The translations under genes were made by a program, and so were the position numbers. Of a stretch of 64,000 bases of DNA, positions 28,875 through 38,597 are shown piece by piece. Positions within the stretch are counted from its first letter, which is position 1. Every line of letters starts with the position of its first letter. Below the pieces are notes generated by a model. That model searched no databases. It saw nothing but the letters and a program-made list of their open reading frames with translations, and was not told the origin of the DNA. Source of the DNA: an uncultured Acidobacteriota bacterium (GTDB lineage: Bacteria > Acidobacteriota > UBA6911); assembly GCA_964651155.1 (NCBI GenBank), contig CAZYXB010000007.1, forward strand, positions 40,273 to 104,272, read 5' to 3'.

Positions 28875-29123
28875 CTACTCCGGGTCCGGATCTCCGTCCT
28901 GCGCGCCATTTTCCATCGCGGCCGCCAGCACCTGTTCCGCCAGCGGGACATCCTCTTCCTCTATGAAAAGCTGCACACCGCGGGCGAAGGAAAGTGCAGG
29001 ATCGACCGACCCGCAGTCGTCCGAATTTATGTACGATTCGATCCCGTTCGCCAGAAGCAGCTCGCGCACGATCCCCGCTTCCGCGCGCGAATAAAATTCT
29101 CGGCACAGCACCCTTCGGCCCAT
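28875..29123 (-). CDS. small DUF2007-like (putative signal-transducing) protein
   Basis: EAGIVRELLLANGIES...GVQLFIEEED..AEQVL pattern; its stop abuts the Nif3 stop (TAGCTA). Confidence 0.7.
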   Translation of the reverse strand: MGRRVLCREFYSRAEAGIVRELLLANGIESYINSDDCGSVDPALSFARGVQLFIEEEDVPLAEQVLAAAMENGAQDGDPDPE

Positions 29124-29371
29124 CCCATCCTCCCGAAACCATCCATTCGACAGCGTATCTTGCCCACAGGAAATGTCGCACCAGCAACCGTAATACTATC
29201 TCAAAGGGCGCAGGCCGGCAATTGTTTCGCCATCCCTCCGTTGGTTGTCCGGGCCTTTCGATGCCACCTCCTGGATCCCAAGGGTATCGGCCAAGCGGCA
29301 CGGCATGCTACAATACCGCGTGGTCGATAGCCTCGCGCAGGCCAAAGCATGTCCGGAAAGGATTTTCCCGC

Positions 29372-30253
29372 ATGGCCCTCAATGAAGCATCCCTATTCCT
29401 GTTGCTCGTCATTTCTGTTGTATTCCTCGCGTCCGGCCACGCCGCAGATCTCAACGGGCTTTCCGCCGACGCCATAATGGAGCAGGCCGTCGCCAGGGTG
29501 GAATCCCAGTACCAATCGTACAAAGAAGTGGAATTCGAGTCGGAGTCGATTACCCGAAACCAAAAATTCGACGGAAAGGGCGCTATCACGGAAACGGAGA
29601 TTTTGCGCGCGCGCCAGTACCCTCTGCACGGAGCTGTATTTGAGGAACTCTTAGAGGTCAACGGACGCCCGCTCGACTCCAAAGAACGCGAAGCGGAGGA
29701 AAAGAAGAAGCGCAATTTCATCCAGGAGGTCGAAAAGAGGCGAGATCGCGGAGATTATCTGCAACCCGAAAAGGATCGGGCAATCCGCTTCGACGCCGAT
29801 TTCGTATCCAGGTATGTGTACGAGTTGGTTGCGGCCGAGAGTATCCGCGCCCACATGTGCTGGAAAATCGCTTTCAAACCCAAAGAGGGAGCACTGCCCG
29901 TCCGGCGCACGATGGACCACGCGCTGAACCAGCTGACCGGAACGCTGTGGGTGTCCCAGCAGGACGACGGGCTCGCCCGTGTCGAGTTCGCAATGCGCAA
30001 ACCGTTCAAGTACTGGGGGGGGGTGGTGGCGATGATTCGGAACACGGATGGGATTGTAGACTACGAGAGGGTGGAACCGGGCGTCTGGCTTCCCTTGAAC
30101 TTCGAACTGAAATTGGATATCCGGATAATGCTTTTCAAGCATATCCGGCAGATCATCTCCAAGCAATGGTATGACTACAGGCGGGTGCATCCAACGGCGG
30201 CCGGGGCCGCATGGCCTCCCCGCTCCATGGTGGCATCCGCCCTCGGCCGGTGA
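29372..30253 (+). CDS. secreted hypothetical protein (acidobacterial type, beta-rich)
   Basis: Signal peptide MALNEASLFLLLVISVVFLASGHA; GTLWVSQQD..LARVE and EPGVWLP motifs; no family assigned. Confidence 0.7.
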   Translation: MALNEASLFLLLVISVVFLASGHAADLNGLSADAIMEQAVARVESQYQSYKEVEFESESITRNQKFDGKGAITETEILRARQYPLHGAVFEELLEVNGRPLDSKEREAEEKKKRNFIQEVEKRRDRGDYLQPEKDRAIRFDADFVSRYVYELVAAESIRAHMCWKIAFKPKEGALPVRRTMDHALNQLTGTLWVSQQDDGLARVEFAMRKPFKYWGGVVAMIRNTDGIVDYERVEPGVWLPLNFELKLDIRIMLFKHIRQIISKQWYDYRRVHPTAAGAAWPPRSMVASALGR

Positions 30254-30320
30254 GACCTTCCTTTACTATCCCGCCCTGCCTCCGTCGTCGCAACCGGGCA
30301 GGGGATCTCTAGTCTCGAAC

Positions 30321-31559
30321 CTATTTTTTTTGAGAGGCGCGGAGGCTCTTCTCCTGTTCCCGGACCAGGATGCGGATCTGATCGGAACCCGGGGCATTCG
30401 GTCGAATCTTCAGGTATTGCCTCATGGCCTCCATGGACCCCGCCGGGTCGCTCTTCTTGGTCCGAATATTCGCCAGCATCAGGTGCATTTGGGGTATGTT
30501 GCGGCCCAAGTCGATGCGTATGCCCTGCCGGACACTCTTTTCAGCTTGTTCCAGCTGGTCGGTCCTGTAGTACGCCAGAGCGTGTAAAAAATATGCGTCG
30601 GGATAGGATACCGGGTCCAGGGATAAGGCTTTGCCGGAATACTCCACGGTCTGTGCCCAATTGTTTTCCAGCGCAGAAAGCTGGGCCAGGCGTATGTACG
30701 GGCTGACATAGGATTTGTCCGCATCCGATGCCGTCCGGTAGCATCTCCTCGCGTCCTCGATCCGCTTCTCGCTCTGGTAGAGCCACCCCAGCTCTATCCA
30801 GGCATCCGAGTAGGACGGATAGATAGCCACCGCTTCCCTGAAGAGGGCCTCAGCCTTGCCGAGCTCCTTCTTTTCAAATGACTTGATACCCTGCTTCAGT
30901 GCGTCCTTCGCCGCCTTGGGCGCCTTGAGATTCGTGGCGCTGACCGAGGTTCCCGTGACTCTTGAAACGGGATATACCAGAATGGTCCCGACCTCCACCA
31001 AACCCATGCTTTGGCCGATCGCCAAGTGCACATCCGTGGAGTGATAGCCGTCGAGGTGCGCGCGCAATACGCACCCGATCAGTTCCAGCGGATCGCTGCG
31101 ATCCTGAAACCAGCCCTGGAATCCTGCCATGCCGTATTCGAAGGTACTCGGCATCGTGTTATAGTAAAAGTTCTCGCTGGCATCCACCAGGAGCCCGGCC
31201 GTCCGGTTTGCATCCCCCACGACGAAACTGTAAAATCCGTTTGAGTCCACCAGTATTTCCTTGGTCACCACGGGGCCGCATTCCCTCTCGATGATGGTAC
31301 CGAACGGGGGCGGGCCGCCGTCCTCCTGAATCACCTTCCCCTGGATAATGATCCTTTCAGGGACTTGTTGCGGCACATACGGCGTCTCGAAGGCGGGAGG
31401 TTGAACCGGCTCCCATTTCGGCGGATCCTTGGGTCTGGAAACATGGGCGCTCTCCTTGCCGGTTTTCCCCGTGCTGCCCTCCTGGGCGTGCACGGCGGGG
31501 AGCGTGGCAAGAAACAGCAGTATCGGAAGGAAGATCGCAAAAAAACGCGGCGCCGTCAT
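30321..31559 (-). CDS. exported TPR-repeat protein with N-terminal carboxypeptidase-regulatory-like beta domain
   Basis: Signal peptide; IQGKVIQEDG; VSATNLKAPKAAK linker; several TPR helices (YPSYSDAWIELG, AYFLHALAYY). Confidence 0.85.
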   Translation of the reverse strand: MTAPRFFAIFLPILLFLATLPAVHAQEGSTGKTGKESAHVSRPKDPPKWEPVQPPAFETPYVPQQVPERIIIQGKVIQEDGGPPPFGTIIERECGPVVTKEILVDSNGFYSFVVGDANRTAGLLVDASENFYYNTMPSTFEYGMAGFQGWFQDRSDPLELIGCVLRAHLDGYHSTDVHLAIGQSMGLVEVGTILVYPVSRVTGTSVSATNLKAPKAAKDALKQGIKSFEKKELGKAEALFREAVAIYPSYSDAWIELGWLYQSEKRIEDARRCYRTASDADKSYVSPYIRLAQLSALENNWAQTVEYSGKALSLDPVSYPDAYFLHALAYYRTDQLEQAEKSVRQGIRIDLGRNIPQMHLMLANIRTKKSDPAGSMEAMRQYLKIRPNAPGSDQIRILVREQEKSLRASQKK

Positions 31560-31907
31560 GGAAAAGCCCTCACACATCTTTCAGGAACAGCCTTGTACTT
31601 TTCGCACGGACTGGAGCGGGAAACAGCGGGAGCATGAACTTCTACTAATAGATTTACACTATGGCCGGCTCAAATCAAGAGCGATCGATTCTGCCCGCTT
31701 CATTGCCTGAAAGGGCCGTGTCCTGTAGAGGGCAATGCCTTGCTGCCATGCCGGGCGTGAAACGGTGTTTTGCAGATCATGAACGTCTCTGGTATATTCA
31801 GAATACTCCGGACAGTCTGAAGATTGCCGGCATTGTTTCGATGGGATTTTGCTCCATTGGGAAACGCCGGAAATTGGAATCCGAACGTCTGGACAGGAAC
31901 CGGCTCT

Positions 31908-33701
31908 ATGTACACAAACTACTTCAGACTGAAGGAACCGCCGTTTTCCCTGACCCCCGACCCACGGTACCTCTATATGAGCGAAAGACACCGTGAGGGA
32001 CTGGCCCATCTGCTGTACGGAGTGCAACAGCCCGGTGGGTTCATCCAGCTTACCGGAGAGATAGGATGCGGTAAAACCACCCTGTGCCGGTGCCTGGTGA
32101 GCCAGTTGCCGCCCGAAACGGACATTGCGCTCATCCTGAATCCGCGGCTGACGGTTGTGGAGTTGCTCGCCGCATTCTGCGATGAACTGCGAATCCAGTA
32201 CCCTTCCGGAACCGACAGTATAAAAGTACTAGTGGACGCACTCAACAGGTATCTGCTTGAAGCGCATGCCCGTAACCGGCGCACAGTTCTGATCATCGAC
32301 GAGGCGCAGAATCTTCACCGGGATGTGCTGGAACAGATCCGGCTCCTGACCAATCTTGAAACGGAACAGGAAAAGCTGCTTCAGATCATCCTGATCGGCC
32401 AACCGGAACTGAGCACTCTTTTGGACCATCCCAGTCTCCGTCAGCTGGCCCAGCGCATCACCGCACGCTACCACCTCCTTCCACTCTCCCTCCAGGATAC
32501 GTTGGCCTACATTCAACACCGGTTGTTCATCGCGGGTTTGAGCCAGCCCGTTTTCACGACCTCGGCGTTGCACGAAACATACAGGCTCACCAAAGGGGTG
32601 CCGAGGCTGATCAACATTCTGTGCGACCGCGCTCTTCTGGGAGCGTACGCCTACGACAAGCAGCGAGTCGGGAAATCGATCGTGCGCAAGGCGGCGAAAG
32701 AAATCAGCGCAGCCAAACACAGTCCCGTGCACCGACGATGGGTCTACGCTTCCGTTATCGCCTCGGCCCTTGTCCTTCTTCTGGCCCTGGCCTACGCCTT
32801 CGGCCCTCTTGGAAACAACCGTACCGGATGGAATTTTTTCGGCATCCGTAAGCAGGAAACGGTTTCAACCCCGCAACACGGGATATCCGCAACGGATTCC
32901 CCTGGGGCTGGAATCGGCACCTCCGGGGTTGCGGAAGCCGTCGTTCCCCTGCGTGCACCCGGCGGACGATTGGCAGGACAGGACTCCGGAATTCCCGACA
33001 GGAACGCCACGGCGGCGGGAATCCCTTCAGGCAAGCCGGCCGTGGAACCCGTGCCGACTCATTCATTGGAGGGCCTCCTCCGTTCCCCGCTCCTTCAGAG
33101 CACCCTCACCTCGAGCTTCAACAGCCTGTACGCCGCCTGGGGCATCCCCATTCAGATACGACCTTCGGAAATGGGCTGTACAGCGAGCAGGGCTTACGGG
33201 TTTCAATGTCTCTTTTTGCCGGGCAACTGGCTGAAGATCCGCAGGCTCGATATACCCGCAATCCTGGGTTTCGAGCTCCCGAACGGGGACAAGCGGCACG
33301 GAACTCTCGTAGGTTTGCAGGGGAATACGGCAACTCTGACGATAGACGGCCAGGACTATGTGTTTCCGGTACAGGAAGTGGATCGGTGGTGGGACGGTTC
33401 GCTTATATTGATCTGGAAGCCCCCCTTCGATACGCTCATTCTTCCTATGGGAATGCAGGGCGAAGAAATCATCTGGGTACGCAGAACTCTGGACGCCTGC
33501 GAAGGGAAACCCGTCCAGGCATCGCCTTCCGACCTGTTTGACGAAAGTCTGCGTCAACGCATCCTGGTTTTTCAAAAGACGCAGCGGCTGGTAGAGGATG
33601 GCCGCATCGGGCCTGAAACCCTTGTACGGCTGGCCATCATGGATGATCCGTCCGGGGTTCCAACGCTTTCAGGTCACGGGGACGCAGGGGGAACACTTTA
33701 A
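31908..33701 (+). CDS. ExeA/GspA-like AAA ATPase with TM segment and C-terminal peptidoglycan-binding domain
   Basis: YFRLKEPPFSLTPDPRYLY, TGEIGCGKT Walker A, IIDEAQNL Walker B, LIGQPEL, GVPRLINILCDRALL; FQKTQRLVEDGRIGPETL PG-binding motif. Confidence 0.9.
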   Translation: MYTNYFRLKEPPFSLTPDPRYLYMSERHREGLAHLLYGVQQPGGFIQLTGEIGCGKTTLCRCLVSQLPPETDIALILNPRLTVVELLAAFCDELRIQYPSGTDSIKVLVDALNRYLLEAHARNRRTVLIIDEAQNLHRDVLEQIRLLTNLETEQEKLLQIILIGQPELSTLLDHPSLRQLAQRITARYHLLPLSLQDTLAYIQHRLFIAGLSQPVFTTSALHETYRLTKGVPRLINILCDRALLGAYAYDKQRVGKSIVRKAAKEISAAKHSPVHRRWVYASVIASALVLLLALAYAFGPLGNNRTGWNFFGIRKQETVSTPQHGISATDSPGAGIGTSGVAEAVVPLRAPGGRLAGQDSGIPDRNATAAGIPSGKPAVEPVPTHSLEGLLRSPLLQSTLTSSFNSLYAAWGIPIQIRPSEMGCTASRAYGFQCLFLPGNWLKIRRLDIPAILGFELPNGDKRHGTLVGLQGNTATLTIDGQDYVFPVQEVDRWWDGSLILIWKPPFDTLILPMGMQGEEIIWVRRTLDACEGKPVQASPSDLFDESLRQRILVFQKTQRLVEDGRIGPETLVRLAIMDDPSGVPTLSGHGDAGGTL

Positions 33702-33705
33702 TTAA

Positions 33706-34428
33706 ATGTCCTATATACTCGACGCATTGAAAAAGGCCGAACGGGAACGGAGCGTCGCAAGGGTGCCCAACCTGGGAACGATCCACAGCGTTCCCGAAAG
33801 ATCGCGCGCCGGTTTGTGGATCGCGTCCGCGGTTCTGCTGCTGGCGGCAGTGACGGGCATCTTTGTTCTTCTGGACGAAGACCGGGGCCGTTCCGATGGA
33901 GACGTGTCGAAGAACCGGGCGGCTGCTACTGAAGCGGCGGATCCTGCCACGACAGGCGCGGCTATCCCGTCCCCGCTATCGTTCCCCTCTTCATCGGCCG
34001 GCCCCGGTTCCGGCGCCGCAGCGGGCATCCCAAATGCAGCGGATGCCGTGACGGCCCGGGAGGACACATCCCCGAAGCCCCGCCCGATAGCAGGACCGGA
34101 ATCACTCGATCAGCCCCGCAGGCCAGAACCGAGCCGAATATCCGGGGAAGCATCCCTTTCCGCACAATCCCCGCCCCCGGCCGCCCCCATGGCGCAGAAC
34201 ACAGGCAACCTGCCTGGAACCAAAGATTTGCAGGAGGTTATACAAGGAATGGAGATCAGCATTCACCTGTATTCCGACACCCCTGCAAATCGGATGATTT
34301 TCATCAACGGCAGGAAATACATCGAAGGCGATCGTATTGAAGGGCTGTATTTGATCGAAAGCATCACCCCGGAAGGGGCGGTATTGAGCTATCGCGGAGC
34401 AGAGGCATCCATCAAAGCAGCTCCCTAG
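33706..34428 (+). CDS. GspB/ExeB-family protein
   Basis: MSYILDALKKAERER start, TM, Pro/Ala linker, ISIHLYSD.PANRMIFING...EGD C-domain; directly follows ExeA. Confidence 0.8.
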   Translation: MSYILDALKKAERERSVARVPNLGTIHSVPERSRAGLWIASAVLLLAAVTGIFVLLDEDRGRSDGDVSKNRAAATEAADPATTGAAIPSPLSFPSSSAGPGSGAAAGIPNAADAVTAREDTSPKPRPIAGPESLDQPRRPEPSRISGEASLSAQSPPPAAPMAQNTGNLPGTKDLQEVIQGMEISIHLYSDTPANRMIFINGRKYIEGDRIEGLYLIESITPEGAVLSYRGAEASIKAAP

Positions 34429-34539
34429 CCCCATGGCGCCCCATCCGGGACCGTGCCCGGCAAGGCATCCGCCTGCCGGCAATGGCCTTGCCAGCCCTTT
34501 TGCACAGGTGGTAGACTTTCCCCTTGTAGGCGGGAACCT

Positions 34540-35340
34540 ATGGGCTGGACCTTGACCATTTCTATCGCCCTGTATACTTTGGGCCTGTTGCATTCGGTTT
34601 TCGGCTTCTGCCGGAAACGCAGAGTATTTGTGAAAATCGCCCTGGGCATGGTCGCCACCGGGTTTGTTTTTCACACCGTAGCCCTGATACTGCTGGGCAT
34701 TGCGCGACAACACTTCCCCATCACCAACCTGCCCGAATCCCTCTGCCTTTTCGCATGGTTTCTCTCTCTGACATTCTTGCTGGCACATTTGCGGTATGAC
34801 ATCAAGGCGCTTGGAGCGTTCACCCTGCCGCTGGTTTCTCTCCTCACCATAACGGCGACCTTCATTTACGATGAGAACCAGGCCATTCCCCCGGACCTGA
34901 AAAATGGGTGGATCTATTTTCATAGCAGCGCCGCGTTCCTGGCTTACGCCGCATTCTTTCTGACCTTCGTATCGGGCATCCTATACCTGGTGCAGGAAAA
35001 AGAATTGAAAAACAAGAATTTTCGGTTTCTCTATTTTCGCCTGCCGTCTTTGCAGACCTGCGACGAGTTGATGCGGCTGTTTCTGACGGTAGGGTTCATC
35101 GCCATGAGCCTCACCATAATTTCGGGAACGATTTCAGCCCCGCAGGCCTGGGGGAAATCCTGGCATTGGGATCCCAAAGTTACGGCGTCGTTGATCACAT
35201 GGCTTATATACCTGACTCTGCTGTTGTACAGACTTTCACCCCGCTGGCGCGGGCGCTATGCCGCGTACGTCAGCATCCTGGGATTTGCGTCGGTCCTGGT
35301 CACCTTTGGTATTAATTGGGGACTGCACACGTATCTGTGA
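34540..35340 (+). CDS. ccsA: CcsA/HemX-like heme-handling membrane protein
   Basis: Multi-TM; FPITNLPESL, conserved His HSSAAFLAY, W-rich WGKSWHWDPKVTASLITW, C-terminal GLHTY. Confidence 0.85.
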   Translation: MGWTLTISIALYTLGLLHSVFGFCRKRRVFVKIALGMVATGFVFHTVALILLGIARQHFPITNLPESLCLFAWFLSLTFLLAHLRYDIKALGAFTLPLVSLLTITATFIYDENQAIPPDLKNGWIYFHSSAAFLAYAAFFLTFVSGILYLVQEKELKNKNFRFLYFRLPSLQTCDELMRLFLTVGFIAMSLTIISGTISAPQAWGKSWHWDPKVTASLITWLIYLTLLLYRLSPRWRGRYAAYVSILGFASVLVTFGINWGLHTYL

Positions 35341-35436
35341 CAAAGCCGCCCGCGGTCGTTTTGTCCGAACGGTCCCCGTACGGCGCCTTCCAAGGCACAC
35401 GCAGAGATATGCAGAATCGCACAGTGTGGATTTCAG

Positions 35437-36708
35437 ATGGTTCATTACGTCGTTGTTGGATTAAATCACCGCACCGCTGAACTGGATTTCCGGCAGCAGG
35501 TATTTTTCGATGCGGACAGGCTGCAGGCATGCTTGAACCAGCTTTCGGGATATCCCGACCTTCTGGAGGGCATGATTCTCTCCACCTGCAACCGCGTGGA
35601 GATCCTGGCGAATGTGGCCGAGATTCCCGGAGGCATCCAGTCCGTCGAAACCTTTCTTGCCGACTCCAGCCGGATCCCTTCTTCCCTGCTGCAGCCGAAG
35701 CTGTACCGGCATATCGAAGACGAGGCCGTACGCCATGTCTTCCGGGTGGCCAGTTCCCTGGACTCCATGATACTGGGGGAACCGCAGATCCTGGGCCAGC
35801 TGAAATCCTGTTACAGTGCGGCCGTGAACGCCGACACCGTAGGCGCGTATCTCAACATGCTCCTGCAGGCGGCTTTCCGTGCCGCAAAGCATATCCGATC
35901 GGAAACCAGCATCGGCGAGTACCCAGTATCGATCGGTTCCGCAGCCGTAGAGCTTGTCCGCAAAATATTCGGCGACCTGAGCGACAAGAACGTTCTCATC
36001 GTCGGCGCCGGCAAAATGGGGAAAGCCACGCTCCAGTACCTTTCCGGCATCGGCGTACGCGGCCTCCATATTACCAACCGCAGCCCCGAAGCGTCCGAAG
36101 AACTGGCCCGCTCCTTCAGGGGAATCGCGGTGCCTTTTACGGAGTTGACAGATTGGATCACGCGCATGGATATCGTCTTCACCTCAACAGGCGCAACGGA
36201 AACCCTTATCGACCGCCCCTTGATGCAGCGGATCATGCGCGAAAGAAAGAACCGTTCCATCGCGTGCATAGACATCTCCGTCCCCCGGAATATCGCCCCG
36301 GAAGTCGGGGAGATCGACAACGTATTCTGCTACGACATCGACGACCTTCAAATGGTGGTGGAGGCCAATCTGCAGGAGCGGAGAAAAGCATCGGCCGAGG
36401 CGGAGAAGATTGTGGACATGGAGGTGGAATCTTTCTGCGCCAAACTTACATCTTTCGAGATCGCGCCGATCGTCATGCAGGTGCAGGGCCGCATCAGGGA
36501 AATCTGCTCGACAGAACTGGAACGATGCCTGAGAAAACTCGGGCCGCAGGAACAGAAGCAGATTCAGGAACTCGAATCCATGATCGCCCGCATTGCGGGC
36601 AAAATCGCACATCCTCTGGTCATGCAACTCCGAAGCGGTCAGGACGCCATAGACAAGGCGGCCTACGTCGACATGATCAAACAGATTTTCAGGCTTCAGG
36701 GAGATTAG
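35437..36708 (+). CDS. hemA: glutamyl-tRNA reductase
   Basis: GLNHRTA, LSTCNRVE (catalytic Cys), VASSLDSMILGEPQILGQ, VGAGKMG, DISVPRNI. Confidence 0.96.
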   Translation: MVHYVVVGLNHRTAELDFRQQVFFDADRLQACLNQLSGYPDLLEGMILSTCNRVEILANVAEIPGGIQSVETFLADSSRIPSSLLQPKLYRHIEDEAVRHVFRVASSLDSMILGEPQILGQLKSCYSAAVNADTVGAYLNMLLQAAFRAAKHIRSETSIGEYPVSIGSAAVELVRKIFGDLSDKNVLIVGAGKMGKATLQYLSGIGVRGLHITNRSPEASEELARSFRGIAVPFTELTDWITRMDIVFTSTGATETLIDRPLMQRIMRERKNRSIACIDISVPRNIAPEVGEIDNVFCYDIDDLQMVVEANLQERRKASAEAEKIVDMEVESFCAKLTSFEIAPIVMQVQGRIREICSTELERCLRKLGPQEQKQIQELESMIARIAGKIAHPLVMQLRSGQDAIDKAAYVDMIKQIFRLQGD

Positions 36709-36737
36709 GGATACTCTGTTTGTGGGGGGAACAACGC

Positions 36738-37646
36738 ATGCTGGTACTGGGCACCCGCGGAAGCGAACTTGCTCTGGCACAAACACTATGGGCTCAGAAA
36801 CGCATTCTGGAAATATTCCCGGATATGGAGATATCGGTCCGCATCATCAAGACGGCGGGAGATGCCGACACGACGAGTTCGATCCGCGCGGGCGGGTCCG
36901 TCGGGGTGTTCGTCAAGGAAATTGAGCGTGCCCTGCTGGAAGGGGAGATCGACCTGGCGGTTCACAGCATGAAGGACCTTCCCACCGATGAAAGGCCGGG
37001 GTTGCGGGTTGCTGCGATCCCGGAACGGGAAGACCCCAGGGACGCCCTCGTCTCGTCCGGGGGCATCGGATTCTCGGATCTTCCCTCCGGTTCGCGAATC
37101 GGCACCGGTAGCCTGCGCCGCCAGGCCCAGCTGTTGGCACTGAGGCCGGACCTGGAGGTTGTCGATATCCGGGGAAACATCAACACCCGTCTGAATAAAC
37201 TGCAAGGCGCCGGGTACGATGCCGTCGTTGTGGCGTCTGCCGGCCTGAACCGGCTCGGTCTTCAAAACAGGATAACGGAAAGATTTTCGCTCCACCGAAT
37301 GCTCCCCGCTCCCGGGCAGGGGGCATTGGCGATACAGGCCCGGTCCAATGACGCCCGGGTGCTGTCGGTTGCAGCCGCACTCGATCATGCGGCAACCTCC
37401 ATCGAAGTGCGCGCCGAACGCGTCTTCCTGCGGCATATCGGGGGTGGGTGCAACGTTCCCGTGGCGGCCCACGCCAGGGTGGAGGGGGCCCGCATACGCG
37501 TCGACGGGTTGATCATTGCACCCGATGGCAGGCGCGTCCTGCACGAGTATGTGACGGACCGACCGGAGGCGGCCGGCGCGGCCGCCGCGGCGCTCGCCGA
37601 CCACATCCTGTCCCGCGGGGGACGTGCGATCCTGGATGCCTTGTGA
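36738..37646 (+). CDS. hemC: hydroxymethylbilane synthase
   Basis: GTRGSELALAQ, GVFVKEIE, AVHSMKDLP, GTGSLRRQAQL, IRGNINTRL, PAPGQGALA, GGCNVPVA. Confidence 0.96.
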   Translation: MLVLGTRGSELALAQTLWAQKRILEIFPDMEISVRIIKTAGDADTTSSIRAGGSVGVFVKEIERALLEGEIDLAVHSMKDLPTDERPGLRVAAIPEREDPRDALVSSGGIGFSDLPSGSRIGTGSLRRQAQLLALRPDLEVVDIRGNINTRLNKLQGAGYDAVVVASAGLNRLGLQNRITERFSLHRMLPAPGQGALAIQARSNDARVLSVAAALDHAATSIEVRAERVFLRHIGGGCNVPVAAHARVEGARIRVDGLIIAPDGRRVLHEYVTDRPEAAGAAAAALADHILSRGGRAILDAL

Positions 37647-37658
37647 AAGACGCTGAAA

Positions 37659-38483
37659 ATGTCCATGCACACATCCGAACCTCTTCGGGGGAAAACAATA
37701 CTCCTGGCCTCTAGCGCCAGCAAATTGGATTCACTGACCGGCGGCCTCCTGTCTTCAGGCGCCACCGTCCTGGCGTTTCCCGTGATCGAAATCCGGGGGG
37801 TACAAGACACAAGCCCGCTCGACCGGGCCCTGTCCACACTGGACACATACGACTGGATACTGTTCACCAGCGTTCATGGAGTCCAATATTTCTTCCGGCG
37901 CCTGCATGCGAGAAATGTGGACACATCCATCCTGGGAGGCCTGAAATTCTGCGTGATTGGTCCCGCCACGGCAAGCGCTCTGCGGGAAAACGGGTTCGAA
38001 GCCGACCTGATTCCGGAAAGGTTCCTTGCTGAGGGTGTTGTCGAAGCCCTGGAGCGTCACTTGGGCGGGCTCCGGAACCTTTCCGGACGCCGTATCCTGA
38101 TGCCCAGGGCTCGAGTGGCCAGGGATGTTCTGCCGCGGGCGCTTCGGGAGGCAGGTGCGCAGGTAACCATAGCCGTCTGTTATGAAACCGTCAAAGCCGG
38201 CGTGCGCCGTCGGGACATCCGCGCCGTCATGGAGGCGGCTCCCGATCTGATCGTTTTCACCAGCGCATCCACCGTCCGGAACACCGTGGAAATTTTCGGG
38301 CCCGACCAAGGGAGACAACTCCTTCAAAAATCGACGATTGCGGCCATAGGGCCAGTCACGGCCGGTGCGGTCAAATTATTCGGCAAAGAGGTTGAAATTA
38401 TCCCAAAGGAGTCTACAATCGATTCGTTAATCCAGGCGATTAAGGAACACTACAGCAGACGGCAACCATCGGCCAGCCGCTAG
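37659..38483 (+). CDS. hemD: uroporphyrinogen-III synthase
   Basis: YDWILFTSVHGV, VIGPATA, VCYETV, IVFTSASTV, AIGPVTA; follows hemC. Confidence 0.92.
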   Translation: MSMHTSEPLRGKTILLASSASKLDSLTGGLLSSGATVLAFPVIEIRGVQDTSPLDRALSTLDTYDWILFTSVHGVQYFFRRLHARNVDTSILGGLKFCVIGPATASALRENGFEADLIPERFLAEGVVEALERHLGGLRNLSGRRILMPRARVARDVLPRALREAGAQVTIAVCYETVKAGVRRRDIRAVMEAAPDLIVFTSASTVRNTVEIFGPDQGRQLLQKSTIAAIGPVTAGAVKLFGKEVEIIPKESTIDSLIQAIKEHYSRRQPSASR

Positions 38484-38597
38484 CGTGGATGATACCGGCG
38501 CTCAGTATCATCGCGCTTCCCTGTCGCGGATTCCCGCCTCAGGAATCAACCAGCAGCCACAGCCCGGCGGGTGCCGGCTTTGCAAAGGAGTCACTCG

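Noticed and set aside
35529-36737. Apparent 705-aa HemC ORF
   Set aside because: The first 403 codons are an off-frame reading of hemA; HemC starts at 36738.
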